A stretch of DNA of 61,514 nt, the filler included, from Squatina squatina (Eukaryota), in assembly GCA_031763465.1 (NCBI GenBank). It is 3 parts of 3 records of this genome, joined end to end, with 100 filler letters (N's around TTAATTAATTAA, not from the genome) between each part and the next. Parts side by side here need not be neighbours in the genome. Positions count along the whole stretch, not along the records: positions 18,841 to 40,736 come from JARFOE010000057.1; positions 40,837 to 61,514 come from JARFOE010000222.1; 1 more part is not named here. One strand, written 5' to 3'. Position numbers and translations under genes: made by a program. Below are positions 36,220 through 49,800 of this stretch, one piece after another. The notes beneath the pieces are model-generated. The model was not told the origin of the DNA. It saw only the letters and a list, made by a program, of their open reading frames with translations, and made no database searches. Position 1 is the stretch's first letter, and each line of letters opens with the position of its first letter.

Positions 36220-36389
36220 ATAAAAAAGAAAGACTTACGGATATTAACAACTTTTACAACCTCAAGACATCCCAAAGTGCTTGACAGCCAATGAAATACT
36301 TTTGATGTGTAGTTGCCATCGTATTGTAGGAAATGTGGTAGCCAATGTGCAAGGCCCCACAAACAGCAATGAGATAATGAACAGATAAT
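36220..36389 (-). mobile_element. SacSINE1-like 3' part, interrupted by a MITE
   Basis: Reverse SINE tail running to cagcaatgagataatgaacagataat. Confidence 0.75.
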
Positions 36390-36907
36390 GGGGGAGAAAT
36401 TCACATCATTTGCGCCTGGGGCCGCCATTGCCTCCCGTGAAATGCCGGGGGACTTACCGAAGGTTCAAACCGGTGGTGCCCCGGGCCGCTGCGCCAGCGA
36501 CGACAACGTCCTCACCGTACTCACCGACCCGTTTTCTCCCCGAAGCAAAAATTCGTTAGCGCCTCGTGAGGGCGTCGCAGGTCACGCCCACGCCAGCTCC
36601 GCCGGTTGCGAACCGGCCCGGATTCTGCCCGCGGGGTGGAAATTAAGGGGGAGGTGCAGCGTGCACTTTTTCTAAAAAGGCCAACTTACTGGTTGCCTTG
36701 TCGAATTCGCGGGGTCCGTGCCGCAATGTTGCTTTTGTGCTGGGCTGCTTTCACGGCACCCCGCTCCCTGTGCTTCACCAGCGCTACGCAGCTCTCCGTG
36801 TAGCGATGGAAAATTCCCACAGTTAGCGCCCCAATCCCGCCCCCGAGGTGAAGTGGAGCACGCGACATTGCGCTCCAAATCCTTTCGGAGGCGGTAAACC
36901 CAATTTC
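36390..36907. mobile_element. GC-rich non-autonomous DNA transposon (Harbinger-like MITE)
   Basis: Starts gggggagaaatt and ends acccaatttc (truncated inverted end). The CpG-rich interior is sharply bounded against AT-rich flanks. Confidence 0.6.
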
Positions 36908-36946
36908 ATAGAAACATAGAAACATAGAAAATAGGTGCAGGAGTAG
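36907..36946 (-). mobile_element. CR1 3' terminus, (CATAGAAA)3
   Basis: catagaaacatagaaacatagaaaataggtgcaggagtag is the reversed CR1 8-bp terminal repeat and 3'UTR. Confidence 0.85.
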
Positions 36947-37046
36947 NNNNNNNNNNNNNNNNNNNNNNNNNNNNNNNNNNNNNNNNNNNNNNNNNNNNNN
37001 NNNNNNNNNNNNNNNNNNNNNNNNNNNNNNNNNNNNNNNNNNNNNN

Positions 37047-37569
37047 CTACATCCGTTGCAGAGATTTCATTGCCAGTTCCCTCCAGGTCTTCCTTGTGAT
37101 CTTGGCAATTCCCCTTCTCCCTCCTACAGGGAAGAGCCTTGCTACCCTCATCTCCACTGCATTCACAAGTGCCTGAAGGCCCTCATCTGAGAAACGGCCT
37201 GCCCTCACTCTCTGCGCCAACTCAATTTTCTTGTGCATACAAAGAAAGGTTCTTGCAAACTCTCCTCCTTCTCCCGGACTGACCAAAGCAGTGGTTGTGT
37301 GTGTGAAAGCCCCCCCCCCCTTTAAGTACTGATGTGGACTCATAGTTAATTGGAAGCAGTTAGGACAACTGAGGAATTCGGCTGCTGAAATAATCAGCGT
37401 TAAGCATGGGCCCTTTAGCACTGAAATTAGCACTTTTTTTAAAGCTGCTTGACAATTTTTTTCAAAGTGTCGAATTGCAGGTATTAACAAAAAAATTCAA
37501 AGACCTGAACTTTGTGCTGCCCAATTCGGCCCTTAGCGCCAGAAATTTAAAAACCCAAGTTGGGTGCCC
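37047..37569 (-). mobile_element. PIF/Harbinger transposon end with a decayed Myb/SANT-like ORF
   Basis: RAGRFSDEGLQALVNAVEMRVARLFPVGGRRGIAKITRKTWRELA resembles the trihelix Myb/SANT-like partner protein. The terminus ttgggtgccc is followed by TAA, a Harbinger-type target. Confidence 0.75.
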
Positions 37570-37570
37570 T

Positions 37571-37717
37571 AAATTTCTTCACTCAGAGATTTGTGAATCT
37601 TTGGAATTCTCTACCCCACAGGGCTTTGATACTCAGTCGATGTTTATATTCAAAACTGAGATCGATAGATTTTTGAACTCGTGGGGAATCAAGGAACATG
37701 GAGAATGTGCGTGAAAG
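37571..37717 (+). mobile_element. CR1 3' fragment
   Basis: aaatttcttcactcagag...gaatctttggaattctctacc...gagatcgatagattttt...ggaatcaagg. Confidence 0.8.
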
Positions 37718-38334
37718 TCTTCTTCTCAGGCAGTCCCTCGAGGTCGAGGATGACTTTCTTCCACTTCGGAGTTATGGATTCTGAGGTGACTAAATAGTTC
37801 TATCTGAGATTCGCAAACTCTATCACAGGTGGAGCAGGTGGTGTTTGATGGTTGGGATGCTCGGGTTTCAGTGCACTCCTTCCACTGCCTGCGCTTGGCC
37901 TCCACATGCTCCCGCCGGAGAAGCTTGAAGTGGTTGGTGCCTTCGCAGATGCTTCTCCTCCAGTTCGGCCGGTCTTGGGCCAGAGATTCCCATGAGTCGA
38001 AGGGGATGCTACATTTTTTCAGGGAGGCTTTGAGGACATCCTTGAAGTGCTTTCTCTGCCCTCCTGGTAATCGCTTGCTGTGACAGAGCTCATAGTAGAG
38101 TGCTTGTTTCAGGAGTCTCATGTCAGGCATGCGGACAATGTGGCCCACCCATCTCAGATGATTGAGCATGGTCAGTACCTCGATGCTGGGGATGTTGGCC
38201 TGAGAGAGGATGCTGATATTGGTATCCTGTCAGTGGATTTGCAGGATTTTGCAGAGGCAACATTAGTGATACTTATCCAGTGTTTTGAGGCATCTACTCC
38301 ACATTGTCCATGTCTCCGACGCATACAGATGGGT
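37718..38334 (-). mobile_element. RTE-clade LINE 3' end (post-RT region, C2H2-like finger, (AAG)n tail)
   Basis: LYASETWT...HLRWVGHIVRMPDMRLLKQALYYEL...GGQRKHFKDVLKASLKKC...CSTCDRVCESQIELFSHLRIH. Confidence 0.92.
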
Positions 38335-38638
38335 NNNNNNNNNNNNNNNNNNNNNNNNNNNNNNNNNNNNNNNNNNNNNNNNNNNNNNNNNNNNNNNNNN
38401 NNNNNNNNNNNNNNNNNNNNNNNNNNNNNNNNNNATCCCCAGCAGTGCACTCATGATTTAAAAATTACAGAAGCTTTAGCAAATCTAACACCAACACCAA
38501 TTAAGTTATATTGTGTCACGGGCAAAAATGCTGCCCATTTACAAAAACACTCTCATCATTTGAAGGAACGCTTTTGAAAGCCAACTGCATGTTGAAAGTT
38601 GTGTGCTTTTTGAGAGTCCTGGTCACTGAGTAATATAA

Positions 38639-38770
<132 letters not shown>

Positions 38771-38954
38771 TAGTGAAACCTTCTCCATTCCCTCTGATTA
38801 ATTCAAACGGACAGCTCTCCCACCCTGAAGCACTGTCCACCAGCTCCCTTTAGAATAGATCTGAGTACCATTGCTAATCAAGATGACCCTTTTGTCAGTA
38901 ACTTGGAACTGATTGTAGGAGAGTGCACTGAGTTTAATTTTTGTTCATGCCTGG

Positions 38955-39280
38955 AATCATACAGCACAGAAAGAGGCCATTTGTCCGTCGTGTCTGTTCC
39001 AGCTGTTTGAAAGAGTTATCCAATTAGTCCCACTCCCCTGCTCTTTCCTCATTGCCCTGCAAGTTTATCCTTTTGAAGTATATACCCAATTCCCTTTTGA
39101 AAGGTACTATTAAATCTGCTTCCACCATCTTTTCAGGTAGTGCATTTCAGACCATAACAATTCAATGCATGAAAAAGATTCCTCCTCGTTCCTAGATTGT
39201 TTTACCAATTATCTTAAATCTGTCTCCTCTGTTAATGACCACCCTGCCAGTAGAAACAGTTTCTCCCTGCCTACTCTTAT
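38955..39280 (-). mobile_element. CR1 3' end (old)
   Basis: atcatacagcacagaaagaggccatt...tcccactccc...aatctgcttccacc...aaacagtttctcc. Confidence 0.75.
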
Positions 39281-39294
39281 AAAGACCGCAAGTA

Positions 39295-39729
39295 ATTTGG
39301 CAGAATGGGTGACCATCCTGTTTTTCATCCCGCTGAATATAACCGGATGAAAAGTGAATGGATTCTACAAGGGATGGGTGATCCGTTCTGCCAGATGAGC
39401 GCCCGGGAGTTTTAGGAAGTTCATTCAATCACGTTTCTAACTTTAGCACTGTGGGTTGGAGTTTCCCTCAAGCGGGATTACGGCGGGAAGCTGTTTTGCT
39501 GAATGAATTTCCCTCCCACCAGCGGCAGCAAGGAGGTTGTGACGGCTTTAACCGCCGGGTCGCTGGTGGTCCACTTCCCGCCCGGAATGATGGGCAGGAA
39601 GAGAGCACGGAGGAGCTGGCAGAAGGCTTCTAGTTTAGTGGCAGGGAGGGGTTTTCAGGAGGGTCTCGCGGGAAAGAGGTGGGGGGAGGGGCGGCCGATC
39701 CTGGAACAGGGAAAGTCGTGACTTTCCTT
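39295..39729. mobile_element. GC-rich interspersed repeat, probable DNA-transposon relic
   Basis: CpG-rich block with repeated cccg/cggg motifs running into a gap; similar in style to 36390-36907 and 46341-46597. Confidence 0.35.
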
Positions 39730-39999
39730 NNNNNNNNNNNNNNNNNNNNNNNNNNNNNNNNNNNNNNNNNNNNNNNNNNNNNNNNNNNNNNNNNNNNNNN
39801 NNNNNNNNNNNNNNNNNNNNNNNNNNNNNTACTCCTATCAAAACCCTTCAAAACCCATACATTTCTCAGCTCTAAGAACAATCCAGGCTTCTCTATCCTT
39901 GCTTTGTATATCTGGCATTTGATTTGGGAAGGAAAGGTGTGAAAACAAGCTGGAAAGAAAAATACTGAATGAACTCAACCACTGCAGCTCAGTTGTGCA

Positions 40000-40245
40000 G
40001 ATCAGGGAGGTTCCAGATTAAACCCTCGGCCTGCACCAACACAGAGGATGTGATGCTGCAAGTGGCCTAGTTAGGGGGGAAACAAAACAGCCAGGGGTTC
40101 CTGATCCAGGTGGCTATTGAGAAACCCCTGCTGGAACTGTACCCGTGTACTCATCGGGGAAGGTCTTGACCAAAATACTTCCTGCAGTTGAATAGCCTAT
40201 TGATGCTCACTGTTGAGGCATGCACATGCATAATGGTCAGTTTAT
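40000..40245 (+). mobile_element. Old tRNA-derived SINE (LF-SINE-like family)
   Basis: cagccaggggttcctg...cccctgctgga...gcagttgaatagcct...ctcactgt..aggc; related decayed copies near 16500-16685, 43100-43350 and 5915-5970. Confidence 0.45.
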
Positions 40246-40587
40246 CAACACTTGCCAGAGAAGGTAGGAAGAAAGAAAAGAACAGTGCTTGTCCAGTTGA
40301 TCAGTTTGACATGGATGCGGTCTTGCACATCAGTGCTGTCTAATGCGGAACAATAGCACTCCAGGACCCTGCTGCCTGAAAATCACTTTTTAAAAGTTCC
40401 AGCATTGCTCACTGGCTAACTGTAGGAGATGAAGTTGAAGTTAATTCTGCAGATGTTGTGCAACACTCTTGGTTTAAAGAAGTCAATTTGTATCACAGAG
40501 CGTAATGGGAAAGTAAGTAAATGTGGGGCTGATGATTGCGAGCAGTTGAGGATACGTTTACTCTATTATCTAATCTTGATTTGACAG

Positions 40588-40719
40588 GTAACAATCATCA
40601 TTTACCTGACTGTTGTTGGAGCTCTGCTGGTGTACATGGCGTTTCTGATGATAGTGGACCCACTTATCCGAAAGCCAGATTCATACGTTCAACCACTGCA
40701 CAATGAGGAAGACACTGAG
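40588..40719 (+). CDS. TMEM9: TMEM9 transmembrane exon (132 bp)
   Basis: ttgacag|VTIIIYLTVVGALLVYMAFLMIVDPLIRKPDSYVQPLHNEEDTE|gtatgg; VDPLIRKPD and LHNEE match TMEM9 rather than TMEM9B as recalled. Confidence 0.9.
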
Positions 40720-40736
40720 GTATGGAAGGTGAATGA

Positions 40737-40836
40737 NNNNNNNNNNNNNNNNNNNNNNNNNNNNNNNNNNNNNNNNNNNNTTAATTAATTAANNNNNNNN
40801 NNNNNNNNNNNNNNNNNNNNNNNNNNNNNNNNNNNN
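40737..40836. other. Synthetic scaffold linker N44-TTAATTAATTAA-N44
   Basis: Identical to 18741-18840. Confidence 0.95.
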
Positions 40837-43800
40837 TACCCTTAGTGAAAGCTCAGTCTCTGTTATTCTCGGCAATTGTTCCACCCAAACTGAAGCACCC
40901 CCTTCCATCAGCCATTCATTCCTTGAACTCTTTGAAAATGGAGTTTCAACTCCCTCTGTAAGATGCTTTCAATCTCATCTGAATCCTTTCAAGCTTGCCT
41001 ACATCTCCTTCACTCCAGCTAATCTTCAAGATGTTATCATTTAATGCTGCTGGTATTCATTGGATCTGTAGGCAGTTGTAGTCGTGTGCACCTCACGTAA
41101 GCTCTTTTTATCAAAGTTCTCTGTTCTACTGCGTCCTGAACAATTCATGCTGAATGCATATTTATAGCTTTGTAATATGCCTTCAGGATGACTTCATTCC
41201 AGTTAGATTTGCACTGCTGCAGCCAAAATTCATTGCTATAAACTCTTGGGAGCTAAAAGAAAGCAGTTCTTATCAGAAACTCATCAGGTTCAGGACATGT
41301 TTCTCTAATCGAGGTTTAGAGCAGCTTTACTGATTATATAGCACTTTCAGCCCGGATCAGAAAAGTGTTTGTTCTAAAAAGATGTTTATAATAAAAAATT
41401 GTTATAACAAGGCTTTAGCACATTTCCCTATTTGTACAGTTAATAACTGCCAAAGTTAGTGCAGCATTATAGAATTGAAGAACTCTCACCAGATGATGTC
41501 CNNNNNNNNNNCCAATTAATCTTTTGACTGAGTTGTATTTGCAATGAAACATCAGAAAGAGCCAGAGGAATTAGAACATTTCCCAAACTTTCACCTTGGA
41601 GGAATATCTTGAGGGGCAAAAAAAGGAGGCTTGAAGAAAAGCAATGAGCAAATTTGCTGGAAAATGGCAAAGTATTTTCTTCAACAATAAACACTGCAGA
41701 ATCTATACATCAGGAGTTAGTGTTCTGCAGTGAAATGTACACTTAGTATATTAGCGGAAGGACCCAAACTGCCATTGCCCAGATACGTTATAATCCAAGA
41801 GAACGCCACAGCTTTGACAGAATTTTTTTCTTTCTTCAGTATTTACTCAGATGTTGCTGTGGTTATGCAGATCCCTTTCCATGCATTACAATTTATTTAC
41901 TGTTCCTGTATAATTTAACTGCACTGCCAAGATGTTTTGATGCCAGTTTTAGTTCCAGATCACAAAGCAGAAATTCCACAAAAATGCACAAAATAACCGA
42001 GGCAGCCAATATCATTTAGATCAAAGCTTGCCATAACTTTCCGTTTTTAAACAACCCATAGTAACTCATAGTAATTTCAGTCCCAGAAATCAACAGCAAT
42101 AACACCATTAACACTGTATGAAGACTGAGCGTATCTTTATTGTGTAGCTGTGTTACATACATTTACTCCATATTGGAGATGAGTGGAAATAACTAAGGAA
42201 TTGAATACATGTTGTGGGACATTAGCCTATGATTCCTTTCTCCAAGATTTTAAGTGAGGTAATGCTCAATTAAAATAATGGAAGAGGGAATTTCTTGTTT
42301 GCTAATAACCCATGGTGTAATTTCAAGGCTAAAGATAAATAACTGCAGTGAATAAGTAACATATGTTATGTGACTCATCTCGCAAGTGAAACCAAAAACA
42401 GCTCCATACCAGTAACCAGCCAGAGGTTATATTTTCTGAATGCGTTATCTGTGAGGCCCACAAAGAAAACAACACATCTCTTTTATTAATTACAAAAGAA
42501 AGCATTACCGTTGAGAACTAGCCAGACCAGCAGAATAGCATAAAAACTGACTGCCAATCGCTTCTTAGCCTTGGGGAGGTAACATCTGAACAGCAATTTG
42601 AAAGCAAGCATCTTTATTTTACGTATACATGCTGGACATAAAAATGCAATATAAAATTGCTGTGAAACAACCATGACAAAACCCTAAAAGAGGAAGGAGT
42701 TTGTGTAATTTTTACAAAAGCAACATATATATTTTTTGATTTAAATTGCCATGAGATNNNNNNNNNNNNNNNNNNNNNNNNNNNNNNNNNNNNNNNNNNN
42801 NNNNNNNNNNNNNNNNNNNNNNNNNNNNNNNNNNNNNNNNNNNNNNNNNNNNNNNNNNNNNNNNNNNNNNNNNNNNNNNNNNNNNNNNNNNNNNNNNNNN
42901 NNNNNNNNNNNNNNNNNNNNNNNNNNNNNNNNNNNNNNNNNNNNNNNNNNNNNNNNNNNNNNNNNNNNNNNNNNNNNNNNNNNNNNNNNNNNNNNNNNNN
43001 NNNNNNNNNNNNNNNNNNNNNNNNNNNNNNNTGCACGAGTGGCTATTCTTTACATGTGAGCCTGGAAAGTCATCAGAAGGTAATTTGACAACGAAGGCAA
43101 CACAACACAACAGATCCTGATTGCATCGTCACCCATCGTCAACGTCAATTACCTGATTTAGTGATCAGAAGCGGGAATCCTGGCTGTACTCATCCCTGCC
43201 CCCACCCCACACCATTCAGGAGCACTGAGCTACCTGTAGCACATCTATCACGTCCCTGGCTGGAAAAGCTAACACAACCCTACAAAACCAAACCCGGGGC
43301 CTATCTGGTCAATCTGGCTTAGCTTTGAATTAGACTCAGTGCACTTATCAGCTGAGACCTTCCGCCAAAGAGCTATGGCGAATATTGAGAATTCGCTGGC
43401 TGTCACATTCAAAGTCGGCAGGTGCGCAAAAATGGAGAGTAGTACATCGGCTGCCTGTTATGCACCCCACCTGAATCTCCTTTCCATTGAAGTCACTCAT
43501 ACTGGAAATTGAGCAGGCCACCCAACCTTAGAGAATAATCTGCAGTTCGGATTTCACTAATATATGCACTGTCGGCTGGAGGTTAATGGCTAACAATCAG
43601 AAGTGGGAACTCTACTGATTTTTCTCCTTCCCTACCCAGAAATGCTGAAGCTAATTTCAGAGCTCCATCAGCACTGTGACTGAGATTGGTTCATTCAACA
43701 CAGACCAGGAAGTGAACTTGGAACTTTCCTGTGTTGTACAATTCATCACACACTACATGATGCGTATACTGCTCCATTCCCTAATTCAGGGCTCCTGTAC

Positions 43801-46800
43801 TGCAAACCGTCCCTAGCTGAGAGGCCTCCAACAAACATGATCTGAAACTGATAACTGCATGAAAGCAGCTCAAATTGAGCATTGGGAATTAGAAAATGCA
43901 TGTGTAAGCTTAAATGCATTTCATTTTATTTTCAGGAACTGCGAAATACTAACGAGGAGCTCACAATTGAGTGTGTCTTCGCCTGGAGTATTGAACTGTG
44001 AATCACTTCAGTAACTTGCACAGCAGTTTAATTTGTCAGTTAAATGACTTACCAGCTTCCCACTCTGAAAGGACAACGCTAAAAGGTGCAAACATATCTG
44101 TACGCAAAACAACTAACAAGTTTTGCATTATATTTTATTTGTAACTGTCCCCAACATTTGAACTGAAGGATGACAGACAAATCAGAGTATAACATGCTGC
44201 AAATTGTTGATGGACAGGTTCATTGAAGGATGAGCCTGCAGGTAAAGTCCTTGAATCAACGTATCTCCTTTCAATTACAAACTACTGTTACAGCCAGATA
44301 TATATTATTGCTATTCAATTATGACTTAAAAAAATAGTTTAATAGGACTGAATAAAAATTGTTTATTTCATCTCAGTTAGCTTCAGCAGCTCCTTTGACT
44401 GATTATCCAGATTGGAGATGGCATGGTAAAATGGCAGTTTTTTTTCTTTAACAGGGTATCAAGAAAGATCTAACAGCTGAGGTGGTGGCAGCTTATTATA
44501 AATTAACCATCTGACATTGCCGTCTGTTTGCTCAGACACTGCTTCCCAACAGGTAACTGTACTGCAATGCCCTTAATTTGCCACAACGGCTACCCAATTC
44601 GACATTAAGGACAGTCACGCCACCAATCGGGAAGCAGACTGAAGTATAATCAAATACAGAATTCATTCTACAGATTGGAGGATGGCTCTTAGCAACCTGG
44701 GGCTATAATTCGCCTCAGTTATTTGTGTTATTCTCAGATTAGTTTGCAGGAACCAGAACTCGTGGGCAGAACATATGAATTAATCAATCAGGAACAGTTG
44801 AAGGCCTCTAGCAAGTTATCTGGGGCAAAGCTGCCCAGGTGCAAATTGCACTTGGACCAGCACGATAGTAATTGTGGAGCTTACACATTTACATTGTGTT
44901 TGTAAAACTGAGATCCTGTGTTAAAGTGATAATTAGCAAGAAATTGAGTAACAATTAATGATGAATGCTGTATATTCCAGCATAATGAACCTTAGAATTT
45001 TTTTTATGCCAGTTAAAGGACACCTTCACATTCACAAGTGTCAAACTTTAATCTATGAGGAAATAATCTGGAGCACTTGATACATATGGTCCAGTAGTGT
45101 ATTGACTTTTTCAGGAAATTAATCATTACCTAATATAGATGATATGTGACAACTGTTTGTGGTATGGAACACAATAATTTACACTTAAGTGACAAGGTCA
45201 TCAATGATATCATGATTATGGTCATAACTCAGGCAGACTTCATACATCACTAAAGCTGTTTGTGTATTCTAGTCTTACCACTTGCATGGCTACAGCATGT
45301 GAGAAATTAGCAAAAATAAATTGTGGTGCAAATAAAAATTGCAGGATCAATTTTTAATACTGTACAGTTCCTCAAACATTACAGTATGTTACGTGGCACG
45401 TTATTACTAAGGTTCTGCGTTCCAAGTTTTGCATTTTCTTTAAATTGAAAAATTACAATTGTTTTCCCTCAGGCCATTTGGTATTTTCTGATTTTTCGCA
45501 CTACTTTTGGACTTCCAATATCCTCTGATTTTTTTTTTTAAATGCTTTTCCATTTATTTTGTCTGGATTTGAATTGCAAATAAATTCCCCAGAACTTTTG
45601 CACACTCCACGAGGCCTCCATTTTGATTGGAAAAACATTCTCACTTTCAAAGAATACACTGAGAATAAATACTATTGGCCTGCACATGGCTTTTTTTCGA
45701 CTATATATTTCTGTGATTACTTCTGATTTTTACCTGTTTTTAAAAGGTTCAATGTGTAATCTGAGAAAATCTGGAAATATTTTTCCCAAATAAACTGAAG
45801 TAGAACTCCAGTTAGTACCTATTACTGTGGATTTACACAGATGAGGGGATAGATCTTGACTTTGTAGGATGGTGTAAATAGATGATAGTCCATTTGATAT
45901 CTCTCCCGATTTTTATTTCCACTCTTCTTGGCTTCACCAAGTCCAGGTCCACCCNNNNNNNNNNNNNNNNNNNNNNNNNNNNNNNNNNNNNNNNNNNNNN
46001 NNNNNNNNNNNNNNNNNNNNNNNNNNNNNNNNNNNNNNNNNNNNNNNNNNNNNNCAGTTTGAGTTTAGAAAGACTATGCTGGCTATATTGTTCTGTGCTG
46101 TATCTACCTTCTCCCCTCTATAGTGCAATGTCGGTTTATGCCCTTGGGCAGAAATCCATTACAAACATGCTTTCAAGTTGAATCAAGACATCTTGTCTAA
46201 GATCTTTAATTAATAAATAAATGCATTATTTTGGCAAGTAGATCTGGTTGACAATGTACTGTCAAGAAATATCGTTTTCATTTGTCAGTCCATTTCATAT
46301 GGANNNNNNNNNNAATAAGTTAACTCTTCCCAAAAGTAATAGGCCTGGGAATTTGGTTTGGCCGCTACGGGTACCGAATTGGGATCAAAATGGCATCTGA
46401 GCAGCGCGCGCACACTTCTGGTGTGGGCCGTGCCGGCCGCCATCTTGATAAGGGCAGTATGGTGACCGTTAGGAGCATGTACGAGTAGGCAGGTCGTGAC
46501 ATCATGCTGATTTGATGCCAGCGCTGCCATTTTCGTCGTCATCGCTGGAGCTAACGCCTTCTCTTAACCTCGCACAGCTGAACATGGATTCAGCAGCNNN
46601 NNNNNNNNNNNNNNNNNNNNNNNNNNNNNNNNNNNNNNNNNNNNNNNNNNNNNNNNNNNNNNNNNNNNNNNNNNNNNNNNNNNNNNNNNNNNNNNNNATA
46701 TCAACTTCAATATTCTTCCATGAACTTGCTCTACCTACCTCTGCATCTCCTCCAGTTCTACTTCAGTATTTGCACATTGGCATTTTTTTTCTGAAGTAAT

Positions 46801-49800
46801 GTTTCTTTTTGTAATACTGGGTTGCTACAGAGGATTCAAATTAAGGTCTGTGGGCCCACACCAGTTAGCCTTGAGTAATAGTCCTCTGTGAGATGCCAAC
46901 CATAATGGTAGCTGGATATGTTTTTTTTTAATCCCCTTAATTTGTTCACTAACATATTACCTGGAGCTATTGTTTATACATGGTGCAAAAATAAACAAAG
47001 AAAGAATCTGAATTAAATTAAGCATCACAGAGTAAATATTTTCAGGGGCCATTGTAAAAATGAAAGGAAGTATTTATGAGGCTACGTCAAAATACTTCCT
47101 GGAGGTTTTCAGAGTTAAGCTTTAATTTTTCTTTCCCAACCTACGCTCAAGAAGAAAAACACTTTACAAACTTGTACACTGGTAATTGTTGTATTGATAT
47201 AGCATGGTTTCCATTTTTACTTCCAATGTCATCTGGCATCATTCAGTATGGAAATGCCATTCTCTTCTTGCATGAAAACAATGTTTCCCTGCTGTACTCT
47301 AGCAGTTAAAGACACAGCTGTCTAACAAATGTACTTGCAAGCTATTTCTTTGAATGCCTGCTAAATCTCAGCTCTAGTTTTTACTGTACACAATATTAAA
47401 GTTGCCTTTCTGGAACACATCAATCACACAGCAGAAGTGATGGGGGTGTACAGAGACTCGCTTCATGGGGACTCCTTTTGTGTCGAATTTAGACGTGCCT
47501 GACCCAGTGTCGTTGTTATTCCTATTCCAGGTGGTTCTGATTATTAGGAAAAGCAAGCTTGCGTGCAGAACATGAAACAATGAACCATGTGCCCAGGTCA
47601 TTTGGCCATTTTTTCCAGTGGATAAAGTATATACTTTCCAAATGTAATTTAATTCTAACAGAATATTTCTTCCTGAGAACCAACAATAGCCTCTCACGCA
47701 TGTGTGGCATGCTTCAAAGACAAAGCTCTACTTTAGCTAGATATATATTGTATGACTCTGAAAGCGGGGCGCTGGGCAGTCTCCCTGAGATACAAGAGCA
47801 GCAGGGACCAGGCTTATACATTTTTCATTGTTCAGCACAAGGACGTGCTCAGTGAATTTTGCATTATGTATTCAGGCACAGTGTCTCTTAAATGTCACCT
47901 TAGCTACAGTAATTGTGAAAAACAATCCCAATAATCAAAATGTCCTCTGCAGACCCACAGCCTCCAGTCTGTATATCGTGCTAANNNNNNNNNNNNNNNN
48001 NNNNNNNNNNNNNNNNNNNNNNNNNNNNNNNNNNNNNNNNNNNNNNNNNNNNNNNNNNNNNNNNNNNNNNNNNNNNNNNNNNNNGAGCTCTGCTGCACAG
48101 TAAAATCTATTCACACATTTTGGTGAAATTCAAATCTCCTGCATTGTAGAACTGTGACTCCGATTCAGGTTGGAAGTCAAGTGCCCAAGCATTCGGGCTG
48201 CTTTGTAATTTTATCCTTTCAATAGTCAGCATTAGGCATTCATAAAGCATGTTTCTGTAAAAATAATGTTTATGATAGAAAATGCGTGTGTACTTTGCAA
48301 GCAGCAAAGGCCATTCTGTACTCATGAGGTTAAACTACTAGCAGACTGAAATCTGATTAATGGCAACAACATCTCATGAACATGGACCAATACATATTAC
48401 AGCATATGGCTAACACGCATATTGCTTTGAAAGTCTTGATAAAAGACATATACAACTGGCACAGGGTACGAGCTGAAGTGTTTCCATGTTGAATTTGACA
48501 ATCAAGTCGATAAGCCTGTTACTGATCAACCAGAACCTTGTGCATTGAGGTACACTACGTTTTTTCTTAAATTTGCCAAATTTAGACCGCTTCAGAATTG
48601 GTTCCAAATTAATCAATCTTTCCATAATAACGTGGACTGGGAAAATTGAAAAATTGAGTCAATTGAAATAAATCAAACTGAGGTTAATGTGCTTATATTT
48701 TCTTATAAAATGCAACATATGTCTTGAAAGTGCAGCATAAAAGTTTAAAAGGAATATTAACGAATCAAAGCTAGCACCATTCACTTTCTGACTTGGCAAC
48801 TCAATGCTGGACCTTGCATTGAATTTATAGCATAGGAAAAGGCCATTCTATCCAACAGGTCCACACGAGCCTCCTCCCACCCTAATTCATCTAATCCTAT
48901 CAGCATATTCTTCTATTCCATTCAACCTCATGTACTTAAATGGATCTGTGCTAGTCACCTCCACTACCCCATGTGGTAGCAAGATTCACATTCACTACAT
49001 GCCCCCACCCTGCCCCATTAGTACTGAATGTAGAGTGGCCAAACCAGTGGCCATGAAAGGGACTGTGGGAGGCTGCTCTGGAAACATTGTCAGTAAGTTT
49101 CCAAAATGATATTATTGGGGCTGGGACGAGCTCCACCAAAACCTTTGGCCTACTGATAAACCTGTCATCCCCCTCCCCAGAAAAGCCTCTTCTCCTTTTA
49201 AGTAAATACATCCGGCTCACTGGAGCCACCAGATTCCTCCTCCACACCCCACCTCCCCGCCAACCCAACACACCGATTAACAAGCTGCCTGTCAGCACTT
49301 GCCAGCAAAATGAAAATGGTTTGGGCCTCTCGCTAATGCTATATGGCAGGAGGCTGATCATCTGCCTAGCTGATGTGTGCTATAAATGAACATCGGGCCC
49401 ATTATTGTTGTACAACTGGACAATAGAGAAAGGGTTTGTGAATATACTTCGAAAGAAATGCCTGAATTTTATACCTGCTTTTGATTCTGTCAAACATTTT
49501 TAGACCCCAAAGTGCTGGCAGTCAAGAATGGATAGACTACCTTCAATATTTGAAACATTCCATTATAGAATTATTTGGTTTGGCAGTAGAGATTCCACAT
49601 TACTCTCTGATGACGTACATGATGCCACTGAGCCTTTGAAGAGTTTTATAAATAATTACAGAAGGAATTGGCAAAGGAAGGAAAATGTGACCTTGCTTGT
49701 AATAAATAAATATTTATGATCCCAGTATGTAATGCATTTTTTTTCTAAATACCATACTTAATCTATGGGTGAATGTCTTTTCACCTTTCATAAAGATTTT

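Noticed and set aside
36390-36907. CpG-island promoter
   Set aside because: Bounded by inverted ends and inserted in a SINE; better explained as a transposon.
47374-47521. Possible terminal exon NNNDTGSG...IVYSKN* on the minus strand
   Set aside because: Poor polypyrimidine tract, no recognised homology, and not the SLC6A15 C-terminus.
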